The notes below the pieces were generated by a model. The model was given only the letters and a program-made list of their open reading frames with translations, made no database searches and had not been told where the DNA came from. This document shows positions 14,009 to 25,735 of a DNA stretch of 64,000 nucleotides, piece by piece. Made by a program: the position numbers and the translations under genes. Position 1 is the first letter of the stretch. The number at the start of each line of letters is the position of its first letter. Source of the DNA: Podarcis liolepis (Eukaryota); NCBI GenBank assembly GCA_965112155.1, contig OZ218099.1; one strand, 5' to 3'.

Positions 14009-14039
14009 TATACCCATAAGTACATAACACACACCTCAC

Positions 14040-14150
14040 ATCCAGTTCTTATACCCAACACATAACACCCCCCCCCATTCATGCATGCATTCATTCATTC
14101 AAGCAAGCACATGAATGGGTGTGTGTTATGTGTTAGGTATGAGAATGGAT
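14040..14150. repeat. Imperfect ~42-bp inverted repeat
   Basis: ATCCAGTTCTTATACCCAACACATAACAC..CCCATTCATG (14040-14083) is the near reverse complement of CATGAATGGGTGTGTGTTATGTGTTAGGTATGAGAATGGAT (14110-14150). Confidence 0.75.
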
Positions 14151-14275
14151 TTGTGGGGAGGGTTTGCCTATGGATCTGTGTGTGCAGATAGTAACTAAAA
14201 CATCAAACATCACGTCAGACACGTTTGTTCTGGATCTGGGTAGGATGCAGTTAAGCACTAAAACCATATATTTAT

Positions 14276-14500
14276 TACAGTGACTAACAAAGCAGAAATT
14301 TTAAATCCTTATAGGAAAACGTTTCGGCTTCCGCCTCCACCAGTTGCTCTGATAAGAATGATGCTGTTCCGAAGGTGGCAATTATAGAGCGTTGAGCATC
14401 CTTGGAAACAGCATCATTTTTATCAGAGCAGATGATGAAGGCGGAAGCTGAAATGTTTTCCTATAAGAATTTTAAATTTCTGCTTTGTTAGTCACCTGTA
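14276..14500. mobile_element. Foldback (~96-bp arms, 24-nt spacer), Penelope-like, with a degenerate hammerhead motif in each arm
   Basis: 14280-14375 is the near reverse complement of 14400-14495. Merged arm consensus: CTGATGA-A-GGC-GGAA-GCC-GAAA-CG-TT. Confidence 0.7.
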
Positions 14501-14672
14501 TGACTGTGGATGTGCATGAGAAAGAAAGTCTGTGTGCATTGGCCCTGCCAACCTCTGGCATCCCATCCTCAAATGGTTAGTCACGAGGGAATGTGGACTT
14601 TGGATTGAAAGAGGCCCCTTGACTCCGGGAAGCTGCCTTATACTGAGGCATCTGGCTGAGTATTGTCTACAC

Positions 14673-14913
14673 CAAACTGTTTCAGCAGGGGGCCGGTTCA
14701 CTATCTCTCTGACCTTGTGGGGGGCCAGACTATATTTTGGAAAAAAATAATGAACGAATTCCTATGCCCCACAAATAACCCAGAAATGCATTTTAAATAA
14801 AAGGACACACTCTACTCATGTAAAAACACGCTGATTCCTGGACCCTCCGTGGGCCGGATTTAGAAGGCAATTAGGCCGGATCCAGCCCCCGGGCCTTAAT
14901 TTGCCTACCCATG
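14673..14913 (+). mobile_element. hAT MITE family B copy 1 (left TIR partly deleted), nested in a reverse Squam3-like SINE remnant
   Basis: Matches copies at 49178 and 63693; ends ...TTGCCTACCCATG. TSD GTCTACAC/CTCTACAC (7 of 8). Flanks join as ...AGTATTGTCTACAC|..TGACTGG..GGCTCT, the reverse of the SINE family at 37910. Confidence 0.8.
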
Positions 14914-16661
14914 CTCTACACATTGACTGGAAGGCTCTCTAGGACTTCAGGATGCCAAGGTGTCACAGTGGGTACGTTCAGCATCCAAAATGACCCTTCC
15001 CTGGCCTTTAAGCTGCCAGGACGCTGGCAGATGCCAAGGATGCCACGTGACTGTGTATAAGCACATTAGGCCAAATTAATCACAGAAATTTGGTGTTGGG
15101 CCTGCATTCAAATCCTTGCTCAGCTGGGCAGCCTTCCATGAGTCAGCATTTACCAGTCTTAGTTCCCTATCTGCATAATGAGAACAAGAGTAACCTTCCT
15201 GGCAGAAGCAAGGGCAGAGAGGCTACAGTTCTACAGCACTGTGCATATTGAACATTGGTATATGAAAGTTATAATAAGGTGGAGGGCACTCTCCCAGGGC
15301 AGCCCCTCTGCTCAGGCTGCCACCATTGTCCCTGAATAGAAGCAGCAGGGTATGGAGCCACTGAAATCACACGTTAGTAATACAGGAACTCTTGTTACAT
15401 ACACTTCCCCGATAACCCATATAATAAGCCCTTTTCTTAACACTGTTTGAATTAGCTGTATATACAATGGCTTCCTTTGAACACCCTTCTGAATCAATAT
15501 ATCCCAGCTACCTAGAGCGTTTCTGTTATTTGGTCTGTCAACACTGACTTGTTTTTAGCACTGACCAGGTGATTTTCTCGATAACGGAAGCTTTTGCCAG
15601 TGAGAGCTCACCAGCGTCCCAGACAACTATCTCTTTCCCCAGAGTATGACACAATATGAACCCTACAAACAGTCCACCAAACCTGATAGTTTGGTAGTTT
15701 GGAGCTTGCGAGCTTAAACTAGAGGAGTTTACAGAATAAAATTGTTTAACCCAATTGATTGCATTGCAGGTGTAGTTTATGCTTCAAATTCCAGTACTTC
15801 TTGTACCCAAGTTGAAAACTAAAGTGTGAATAGGCACTAAGAAGGCAATGTTGTGTAGCTCTCCAGTGAATTGCCAGTGGTTACTGCATTTCTGTTTAAT
15901 GTGAGTTTATTTTTATTACCGCTTTTCCGATATGAAGTGGGCATCTATGAAATAACTCAACAATGTCAAAGTGCATATTAAGCACTCAGAACAACAGTAT
16001 TCTTCTTTTATTCCTTTCATACTTAAAGGCGGAGGAAATCTGGTTAATTTATAGAGAATTTATATACGCCTTAGTGTGCGTCTGTGCACATGAATGCAAA
16101 ATATGTGCAAAGAACCTTTTGAATCAAGAGGAATTTTTCGTTGGTGATGCACAATGGTGCAATTCAAGATAAAAGAATGAGTCTACATTTTTGCATTTTG
16201 AAACTAGACTGTAGCTGCAGCACATTACACCAAAAGGTTGCCAGATCAAAATTTGAACTAAGAGACATTATTGCAAGAAGGTGCTTGGAGCAAATTCTCT
16301 CAAGTGGTGCTGCTTTGGAATTCAGGGCATCCACTATGCTTTTTGTGAGCAGTGCTTTTAAATTGGGAATATAGGTCTAAATTAACAGGATGTTTCCTTA
16401 ACAACAGATTTCTGTCATCTCCACAAGCTGTCGTATATGAAGCAGAGATGCAACATTTATAGGGCAATCCTATACGTGTCTACTCAGAAGTTCCATGGAA
16501 CTTACTCACTCTCAGCTAAATGTGTTTATGATTGTGACCTGACTGTGTCATCCTGCATTTGTCTGCTCTCATTGACTGCCCATCATGTTACTCCAACAAG
16601 CATTAGTTTGATGTTCTTTGGAAAGAGTTCTCCCAAGGTATGGGAGATTGCTAATGTATAT

Positions 16662-17437
16662 TGTTACGGAAATGAAAAGGGGGGGGACACATCTTTGAAG
16701 TTGGTAAATGTTACAAATATTATGCCTGAATGTATCCTTTCGACTTGACAGCTCAGGGAAGATACCTAGCTTTATAAATCATATAAAATCAATCCCTTTG
16801 CCAATTTCTTCCATTCCAACGCCATTTTGCCCTTGGAAAAAGGACTCTTTTCCCTGCCACCTCCTGCCATAATCCCTCAAGCGTGAGGACATGTTCACAC
16901 ACCCCACCCAGGGATGTGCCCAGGGGTGACAAATGCTGAGCTGTTAGTTTCCAAAAGCCCATCACCGGACTTGCCCCAGGTTATGGATGTGCAAAGGGAG
17001 CTCTATTGTCCTTTGATGGTGGGTACTTGAGAGGTGCCTGGACATGTTTTGCCTATGCTAATCTTGTACCAAGGACTTGTCTGGACATGTCTGTCAAGGT
17101 TGAACTAGTGTAACCCCTGTCTACCCCTCCCCTTTTGTGACAAGTCAGGGATGTAAAGATGATGTATCAATGATGCTGTACGAACTGTATTCTGGGATAT
17201 TGTGGGAAGTTTTAAAAGTCAGTGTCGCCCCATGCTCTGGGTTTCTTACTCCTGTGGGGACCTGTTGCGCAACAATAAATATCATGGTCTACTGACCCCT
17301 GTATTGCTGCTCCAGCCAAACTGACGGCGGTTTGGCTGGAATTTCCTTCTTTTACCGACTGCATGGACCCGCGGGGGACTTGTACCCCAACGAGCTGGGC
17401 TGTTGAGTAGTCTCTCACCCCAGAATTTTCCGTATCA
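16662..17437 (+). mobile_element. Solo LTR (776 bp) of an LTR retroelement/ERV
   Basis: TG...CA ends with terminal inverted repeat TGTTACGGAAA / TTTCCGTATCA; 4-bp TSD ATAT (16658-16661 and 17438-17441); TATA-like TTTAAAA at 17211; AATAAA at 17274-17279. Confidence 0.85.
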
Positions 17438-18689
17438 ATATTAATAAGTGTTATTTGCCACAGATGCATCTCTACTAGGAAGAACTGCTTCTGAGAAACA
17501 GCAAACAGACATTAATTGGGGGTCGTGGAGGGGGTGCAGTCTGCAGTGGTGGCTCTGGGCATCCCATTCTGCACATTCATTCAGTGTGTAGAAGGGGTCA
17601 TGTGTACCTTCCCGGGTTAGTCAAAGCCTCTGTTGATTAAATGGTTATATTAATAAAGATGTTTAAGGGATATTTTGCACATGTCCTGATAATGGACTTC
17701 TCACAGGAATCTAGTTGGGCACTGAGAACAGGATGGTGGACTAGATAGGCCTTTGGTCTGATCCAGCAGGGCTCTTCTTATGTTCTAAAGCTGATTTGAC
17801 AGAAGTGGATGTAGAACAGAGGCAGAAGGACTTGTTCAGGAATGTTCAACATCTTCCAAGCAGGCACCACTATCAGAACTTAACAAAGCATAGAGCAGAC
17901 AAGAACAAGGTTATAAGCACCTTGATTGGAGAGCCTTGGTAAAAATCACCCACTCTGATTGGAAATGAGACCTGTCAGTCACACAACAGCTATTCTTGCC
18001 CCTCTCACCCCATCTTGGTGTTTTCCTTATATGGCAAGCCATTTTCGCAGACACGCTGCCTGCAGCCATTTTGAAACGTCTCACATCCCCACTTTGTTTC
18101 TGTGTACTTTGGAGAAATCCCATGTTGGCTCCTGATTTGGAATTTGTCCAAATCTTTTGCATACCCCTGACTGGCTGGTATGCAGTATGGGTGCAGCCTG
18201 AAGCCCACTGGCAAAGCTTTAATTGATTTCAAGGAATCGCTGCTGCTCTTTTCTCATTCTTGGAGATAAGACATTTGCACATATAAAGCATGCTTTCAGG
18301 ATAGCTTCATCATCAGCTCAACAGGCAGCGGTGAATGTGACAGATTAAAGTCCACCGTTGCTCACTACAACTGTTGGTTACTGGCCAGATAGCTGAATTA
18401 AAGTCTCATCCAGATAGGAATCTGGTTTAGTGCAGTTATTATACGTGGCAGTCATTCTTGTGGACTGTGCCACCTGTGATGATCACTGGTCCGTCATTGG
18501 ACCCACCAGGGATTACCATGGCCATTGCTCCTTTGTGGTTTGTGGGGGTTTGATTAGTTCACAAGTCCACAGCTCAGTGTTGTAGGGACAGCTAACAGGT
18601 CAGCAGATATATCCTGAAAGGGGGTGACTGGATGAGAATAGAACGGCATAGTCAGTCAAGGACATATAAGTTGATAAAGATATACACGG

Positions 18690-18930
18690 TATGGAGAAAG
18701 CAAATTGTGATAATCTTCTCTCGCCTTCCTCTTAATACTAGAACCGGGAGTCACCCAACAAAATTGTTGGGCAGCAGGTTCAGGACTGACCCAAATAAAG
18801 CTTTTCTTCAAACAAAGCACCATTCATTTATGGAATTTGCTACAAGATGTGCTGATAGTCCTGGGTTAGATAGCTTTGAAAGGAAATTTGGAAAACTGAA
18901 TGGAGGACAAATCTATCCAAAGCTGCAGGG
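18690..18930 (+). mobile_element. CR1 LINE 3' fragment
   Basis: Encodes TRTGSHPTKLLGSRFRTD...F, resembling the CR1 ORF2 C-terminal TRGHxxKL...RFRTD motif, followed by a CR1-like tail. Confidence 0.7.
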
Positions 18931-19223
18931 AAAGTGTGGCCCACCCATGTAGTGTGTAGGGGTGGGGCTTCTGGGAGTAGTCCAAAAACACCTGGAGGAC
19001 CAGAGGCTCCCCACCCCTACTCAGGTGATTGTCTGGTGTTACAGTATTTGTAGAGGTGCCAAGGGAAGGAGTCATAACTAACCCGGTATCATTTATTTAT
19101 TTATATTGTGTAAACGTTGTATATTTATCTTATTTCACTCAATAATATTATGTGCACAAGATGGCTTATTAAATCATTTGTCTAAAACAAATGATGAGGA
19201 AACTTTGGCCATCTAGATTTTGT

Positions 19224-19380
19224 CAGCAGCAGATTCAGGACAGACCCAAATATTTATTCAAACAAAGCATGTTTCATTTATGGAATTTGCTTCAAGGTGT
19301 GCTGATGGCCCTGGATTACACGGCTTTAGGAGGAGATTAGGAAAACTGAAAGGAGGACAAGTCTGTTAGAAGCTGTAGGC
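19224..19380 (+). mobile_element. Second CR1 3' fragment, direct repeat of 18771-18930
   Basis: CAGCAG.TTCAGGAC.GACCCAAATA...TTCAAACAAAGCA...TTCATTTATGGAATTTGCT is shared by both copies. Confidence 0.65.
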
Positions 19381-20038
19381 CAGGGACAGGGAGACTGTGG
19401 ACCTCCCACCATTCCTGATAGTTGTCGATGCTGTCTAGGACTGATAGTATCTGGATTCCAGTAATATCTGAAGGGCCACAGGTTCCCCACCCCGATCTAA
19501 AACTATTGTGTACAGAATGGTAAACACACACACACACCCCTCTTAAAATATCAATGCGGTCTACTGAAATATTATCATGTCTATGAAGCAGGAATTGAAG
19601 CATAGAAGACAAAAATCTACTGCCTGAAGACCTGGCCAAATAGAACAAGTTAGAATAAGGTAAGCCTTAAGGAGCTTCCAAGTGGTCAACAGGGAGAGTA
19701 CTACACAGCCCTCACAGAAGTCTGTATTCTGTATTTTGGGTGCCACTGTTAGGAAGGCCCTTCCCTCTAGTTAACTGTAGAAACCTACCTCTCATAACTT
19801 AAGGGAGGCACCTGGAACACTTCTTCCCCACTTGAGGATTTTATTGTTATATTCAGAGGCAGTAAAGTTAATCTCCTCCTCCCTGGTGAGATAAAGATGT
19901 ATCCCAACTGAACACCAAACTTGTTCACATGGCCTAAGACCCTGCATTGCCTTTCCACTTTTCACAATAAGCTAGGTCATAGGCAGCAAGGGACAGGCCT
20001 TTTACAACTATAGCCCTAAAGCTATGGAATGACATATG

Positions 20039-20262
20039 ACCTCGGGTTACAGACGCTTCAGGTTATAGACGCTGCTAACCCAGAAATAGTACCTCAGGTT
20101 AAGAACTTTGCTTCAGGATGAGAACAGAAATCGCGCAATGGCAGTGCGGCGGCAGCGGGAGGCCCCATTAGCTAAAGTGGTGCCTCAGGTTAAGAACAGT
20201 TTCAGGTTAAGAACGGACCTTCAGAACGAATTACCGTAAGTTCTTAACCCAAGGTACCACTG
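20039..20262. mobile_element. Tc1/mariner MITE family A copy 2 (left tip lost)
   Basis: Body colinear with 13786-14008 and 50677-50918; right end TAACCCAAGGTACCACTG|TA intact. Confidence 0.85.
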
Positions 20263-21049
20263 TATCGTTTGTGCTGTGAACATCTCAGCTGGTGTTTTCT
20301 TTTTAAAGGAAGTGGAAAAACCACTACAGTTGTCAAAGGCAGGCTGGGTTGGGCCTGTATGTCTCTTTCCAGTTCAGGTTTGATGATATGTGGAGCATTT
20401 ACTGGATTTGCTGATTTCTGTTATTGTTGTCGGTATTTTGTATTTAAGATAAGCAACCACAAGCACCTCCTAGAAGCAGGAATAAATAAATAAAAAGGCA
20501 CATTCTGAAAGTGAAGTGAGAAAGAGCAGGGAGCAGCTCTCACCAATGCAACCGATTCCGCATTCCCATCATGTTTTCAAAAAGGGACGCCTGTCATTTG
20601 AGTGCCGTCACATCTTAAAATGCCATTTTACAAAATATAAGGTACTTAATACTTCGTACAGCAGCAGCCATGCTCTCCCACGCAAGCAGCTGCCTTTGCA
20701 GGAGACGAGGGGACCGCAGCTGACCCGCCTCTTACGAAATCCTCCTTCCGCATATGCAATTCTTCTTTCCACTTCAGAGTCCTGTGATTAGTTTTATAAC
20801 CTGGAGGGGAGATATAACTGGTGTGACCTTGGTAGTCATGGAAAATACAGGGAAAATTAGGAAAAGCAGGGCATAAGCTTGGTGAAAAGAATTAATGGAG
20901 GCCTGGCACCTTTGTTCCAAAAAGCCATTTCTCACCAGGCAGGTACATCTTTGAACCGCAGGTGCTGCAGACGTAGCAAAAATGCTCTCAAGCCTTTTGT
21001 TAAGCAACCCAGCAGGCGCCTAGAGGAAGACATGATTTTTAAAAAAGGG

Positions 21050-21084
<35 letters not shown>

Positions 21085-21085
21085 C
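21050..21085. repeat. (AAC)12 microsatellite
   Basis: Read directly from the sequence. Confidence 0.95.
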
Positions 21086-21809
21086 CACGGATGGAACATT
21101 CAGTTAATAAACATGCACACAACACAAAACAAATGCCTAACTCCAGAACAGCAGAGTTTATTCTAGTTTTCATGGAAACCCATCTCCATAAAAGGATTTC
21201 TGGGAATAAATTAGCACTGACATTTTAACGCTGCCACACTGCTGGATGGCTCTAGGACAGGATATGACTCCTTCTGTTCTAATTGGTCGGCAGAGTGCCT
21301 TTTTCAAAGGCGGCATCCTGCATTTCTCCTCACTTAAGGCAAGGCAATAGGGGGTATTTATTAACAACCTGTCTTCTCCGCAAAGAGAGCAATTCAATGT
21401 AACCATTTCCTGTAACAGTAAACAGCCCTTCTTCAGATGCATGGAAAGACATGTACAGATAGACCTGAATTTAGCTCCACTGATTCCAGTGTGACAGACA
21501 TAACTAGTGCCCACTGGATCATGGGATTTGCTGATTTAGATTTCTTGTAATGTTAGGGCAACAGCCCATGGGCACAAACCACTTTGCAAAAGCAATTCTA
21601 CTTTAGCCTAACAAAGCAGTTAAGAAAGCATGTGTTATTTTAAAGGTGAAAGCATAACGGGCACTTCCAGATGGCTCTGTCTGCAATCCATACCTATGGA
21701 GATTCATATAGAATAAGGAAATCAGGTAGTCGGTTTATATGGAAGGAAGACCATTAGTCCATCCAGCTCCATGCTACCTATACTGACTTAGTGGCTCTCT
21801 AAGATTCCA

Positions 21810-22130
21810 AAGAGCCTAGGACTCGCCGATCAGAAGGCCGGCGGTTCAAATCCCCGCGACAGGGTAAGCTCCCGTTGCTGGGTCCCTGCTCCTGCCAACC
21901 TAGCAGTTCGAAAGCACGTCAAAGTGCAAGTAGATAAATAGGTACCGCTCCGGCGGGAAGGTAAACGGTGTTTCCGTGCGCTGCTCTGGTTCGCCAGAAG
22001 CGGCTTAGTCATGCTGGCCACATGACCCAGAAGCTGTACGCCGGCTCCCTCGGCCAATAAAGTGAGATGAACGCCGCAACCCCAGAGTTGGCCACAGCTG
22101 GACCTAATGGTCAGGGGTCCCTTTACCTTT
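21810..22130 (+). mobile_element. Sauria-type SINE, slightly 5'-truncated, nested in an older reverse Squam3-like remnant
   Basis: B-box GGTTCAAATCC, characteristic body CCTGCCAACCTAGCAGTTCGAAAGCAC...AGTAGATAAATAGGTAC and CCTTTACCTTT tail. Candidate TSD AAGATTCCA (21801-21809) / AAGGTTCCA (22131-22139). Confidence 0.85.
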
Positions 22131-25100
22131 AAGGTTCCAGAAAAGAATCTTTCTGTACCCAATCTGGGCTGTGAGTCCTGGAAGACCTGCTGCCTGCCTT
22201 GCCGGCCTTTTTCCACCTGGCCTGGGAGGGCAGGGCCCTGACTGACTCCAGCTGCAAAAGCTGAGGCCACTGAGGAAGTCAGAGACCACCTTGGCTGTCT
22301 CTTAGTGCAGACCCAGGTCATCGAACCTGAGCTTCCACAGCTGCAGCCTGCCATGAGCCATCATAGGCAGGACTGGCAGCAACAGCACCAGATATATTCT
22401 GTGCTTATGGTGATATTTTATCCTAATTTATTCTAATTATGCTGTTTTAAATGTGCACTTTACTGGAGCTCCAGTGGCAATGTTTTATTTCCTTTTGAAT
22501 TTTTTTTTGCTAAGTTTGCTGTGTTAAATGTGCATTCTGTAGTTGACCTCCTTTGTAATGTTTTATTTTGATTTCTTTAAGATAAAATTTTTAGTTTCCT
22601 GTGAAGTATGTTGCTTTGAATGCATACTTTATACATGTATTTGACTTTCTTCAGCAATGTTTTATTCTGGATTGTATTATTTGATGTTTTAATGTAGGTT
22701 GTAAACCACTTTGAGGTTTTTTTCTTGAATATATAAAGTGGTATAGAGATGAAATAATAATAATTTAATAATAGTATCTGGGTGTTGATCTTGGGACATT
22801 TTACGCACAAAATGTATGCTGCTGTAGATGTTATTGTAGTAAAGGCAATTTATTAAATTCTATATGGATAGCCATAAATTACAGCACAAAACAACAACTA
22901 CTGTAATATACCATAATTTTTCATAAGTCAGAGCCCATTTCATCAAATGGATGTCCTTCCTTTCCAGATTTGTATGTTTGTTTGTAGGATGGCAGGCAGG
23001 GAGGGAGGGGCTATTATTTCAAAGTGAAGCTAGAAGGCGTAACTATGCAAGAGTTAACTGTGTCACATTGCTCTGCAAAGCCCTGTTTGCCAAGCTGAAT
23101 TCAATGCATACCCACAATTCAATGCATTGCCACAATTTGTTCCCTCAGGCAAAAGCCCTTGTCCTTAAAAAATCTAAGTTCATTAACACATTAGGCAAGC
23201 TTCCAAGTGGTCCATATTTTTATGATAACCTATAAATAACTGCATTTGGAAATTAACGAAAACTATTCAGAACACAGCTGTAGGTGACTTTTCTATACTT
23301 ACCCTTGAAAACGTTAAGCCCTTCGAGTCAATCAATTGAAATTTCCAAGGTGTAACAAAACACTTTTTTGAGGGGGGAGGCTTAAATTTGGGGAGGATTG
23401 GTGGCCTTCTCCCACCATGCAGCTGCCCTGACCTAGGATAACCTTTCGAAGAACATTCCTATGGTGCAAAAACCTCAGTCAGCTGGAAGCCTTTTCATAC
23501 AGACCACTTTGTTGTAACTGGGGGTAGCTCAACACCTAAACCGACTCCATAGGAATGTAATCCCTGCAACAAACTCTGTTTTTGCCTTGTGTGGCTAGAT
23601 TCCACCAAGATAAGTGTTTGCTACATTCCACACACACCCTTTTGCTTAGTGAATATTTGAGAGGTACAGACTCCCCACACTACCCCAAATAAATCCTACC
23701 TTTTATTTACTTACATTTCACATTCTGACCAAAAACAGAAATCTAGGTGACTGATTTAATAAGGGGCAACAAAGGCAGTGTTTTCTATTGTGATTCTGGA
23801 TCGCGCTCTCAAGGTGGCTCTGCCTAGTCCCATTTTTATCTGCCTTTCGGCAGAAAGTGAAAACTTTTATTTCAATGGGCTCTTTATACTGACATGCTTT
23901 AAGACATATTTGCTTTTTATCTTGCTGCTCATAGTATTTGACTTGTTTTTACTGCTGTTTTCAACAGAATCCAGTCAGCTGCTTACTTTGATAATCTTTT
24001 AGAAGAGCAGGGTCCATGCGATTGGAAATCCATAATGGCATCAACAAAGTGAGCACAACTATCAAAACCGATCACATAGGAAAGGAGCTGCTTTGGCTCA
24101 CTCAATGGGCTCGATCTACTCTAGAGGAATATTTCCCAGTGGATGAGCTGCTGGACCAGACCAAAAGCCTGTCTAGCCCAGTTCCCTGTGGGAGCGACAT
24201 CAGCTGATTGACAGGTGGACATTGTTTCAGGAAAATGGCCTTGTGAACCCAACTGGACCCCTTGGCAGGTGAAAATAGGCATGTTGACCAGAGGCTCTCC
24301 TCCCCTGGCCTAGAACGTCATCTCTTATCTTCACTATTCGACTCTCCTCATTAATCAAGTGGGCATCCTCTTGGCCCTAGTGGTACCTTTCTTGACATGT
24401 GGTATACCATCTAGCTGAGCTTCTAATATTGTGGTTTTAAGCAACCCCCAAGTGCTTTGCAGATGTGGCCTTTGTGGCTTTCCCTTTCAACTTCCTTTTT
24501 ACCAATTCCCTCATTTTTGGGAAGTTTCCTCTTTTGAAGTCAAATGTGACCGTGTTGGGATTCTATGCAGGGTTTGGAATTGTCCATTTACATATATATT
24601 GAATTTTATAGCACTATGGTCTTTGTTCCCAGTCACTTCAACAACCCTTACATCTCATACCAGGTCCTAGGCACCAACTTAAAATCAAGTCTCTTGCAGC
24701 AAAAACAATGCACCTGCTGCCTGAAGAAACTGCTTCACTCTGCTTAATAGTAGGTCCGGCCCTGGGACCATTCAACATATTTATACCTTTCAGGGAAACT
24801 CAGGCCCCTTTTCCACTTATGCCCAGTCATGTAGGAGGTGCTTCCCCATGGTGTAATCTGAAATTGCTGGGAAATGTGTGTCAATGCTCCAGCCTTACAG
24901 GTGGAAACAACCTGATGGGCAAATTGTAAAGCAAGCACAACCCAGTAGGAATTACTCCTAAACTACTTTGGTGGTATTTAAGGGTGCAAATATTAATGGG
25001 ACACGGTTCAATTGGAAGAAGCACTTTAGTGTTCTCGGCCTTACTGATTTGGACCACTGTGCTCATGAACAGGATTTTTTAGAATGGGAGCCCTACAATG

Positions 25101-25519
25101 TAAGTCAGCACTCATATTATCATCCTGAAGGACTCCGCTGTATGATTCTGTTTAACAAAACAAGGACTACCAGTACCCAATCTTGTGTCATACAAGATTG
25201 ATTATTACTATTATTATTACTTTACTCAGTTCCAGGTACTGTTTATTATGCACTCTTGATTCCAAAACATCTTTGTTTCCTCTTATGCACTGGTGCCCCA
25301 AAGTAGCCTGATTGTTTTTTACATCTACATGTTGAATTCAATGAAACAAGATAACTAAATCAAAATTAAGGTGTGTGTGTGTAAGATCTGTGCCTTTTCA
25401 ACGCATCAAAATTCCTGCATGCCGTGATGCCTTTTCAGTGCAATCATATCTTCCTCTTGCAGGGCTGCAGCCATCTCCAAGGCCAGAGCAAAGGGTTAAG
25501 AGATCTTAAGGACCATCCA

Positions 25520-25735
25520 TCTATCTATTGCATTTACGGTATATTTCACCCTTTTCTCAAGGAGCTCACGGTGGTCACATGGTTCTTCCCCCTCCTTATT
25601 TCACAACAACTCTGTGAGGTAGGTTAGGCTGAGAGGCAGTGACTGGCTCAGGGTCACCCAGTGAGCTTCATGGTCAAGTGGGGATTTCAGCCTTGGTCTC
25701 TCGACTCCTAGTCCAACATCCTAACCATTACATCA
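25520..25735 (-). mobile_element. tRNA-derived (MIR/CORE-like) SINE
   Basis: CACAACAACTCTGTGAGGTAGG..GTGACTGGCTCAGGGTCACCCAG core plus a reverse tRNA-like head; sibling of 12725-12913. Confidence 0.7.

Noticed and set aside
20879-21166. ORF with a poly-Asn tract
   Set aside because: Translation of the (AAC)12 microsatellite.
21830-22354. 174-aa minus-strand ORF and tRNA-like B-box
   Set aside because: Antisense read-through of a Sauria-type SINE; no cloverleaf, so not a tRNA gene.
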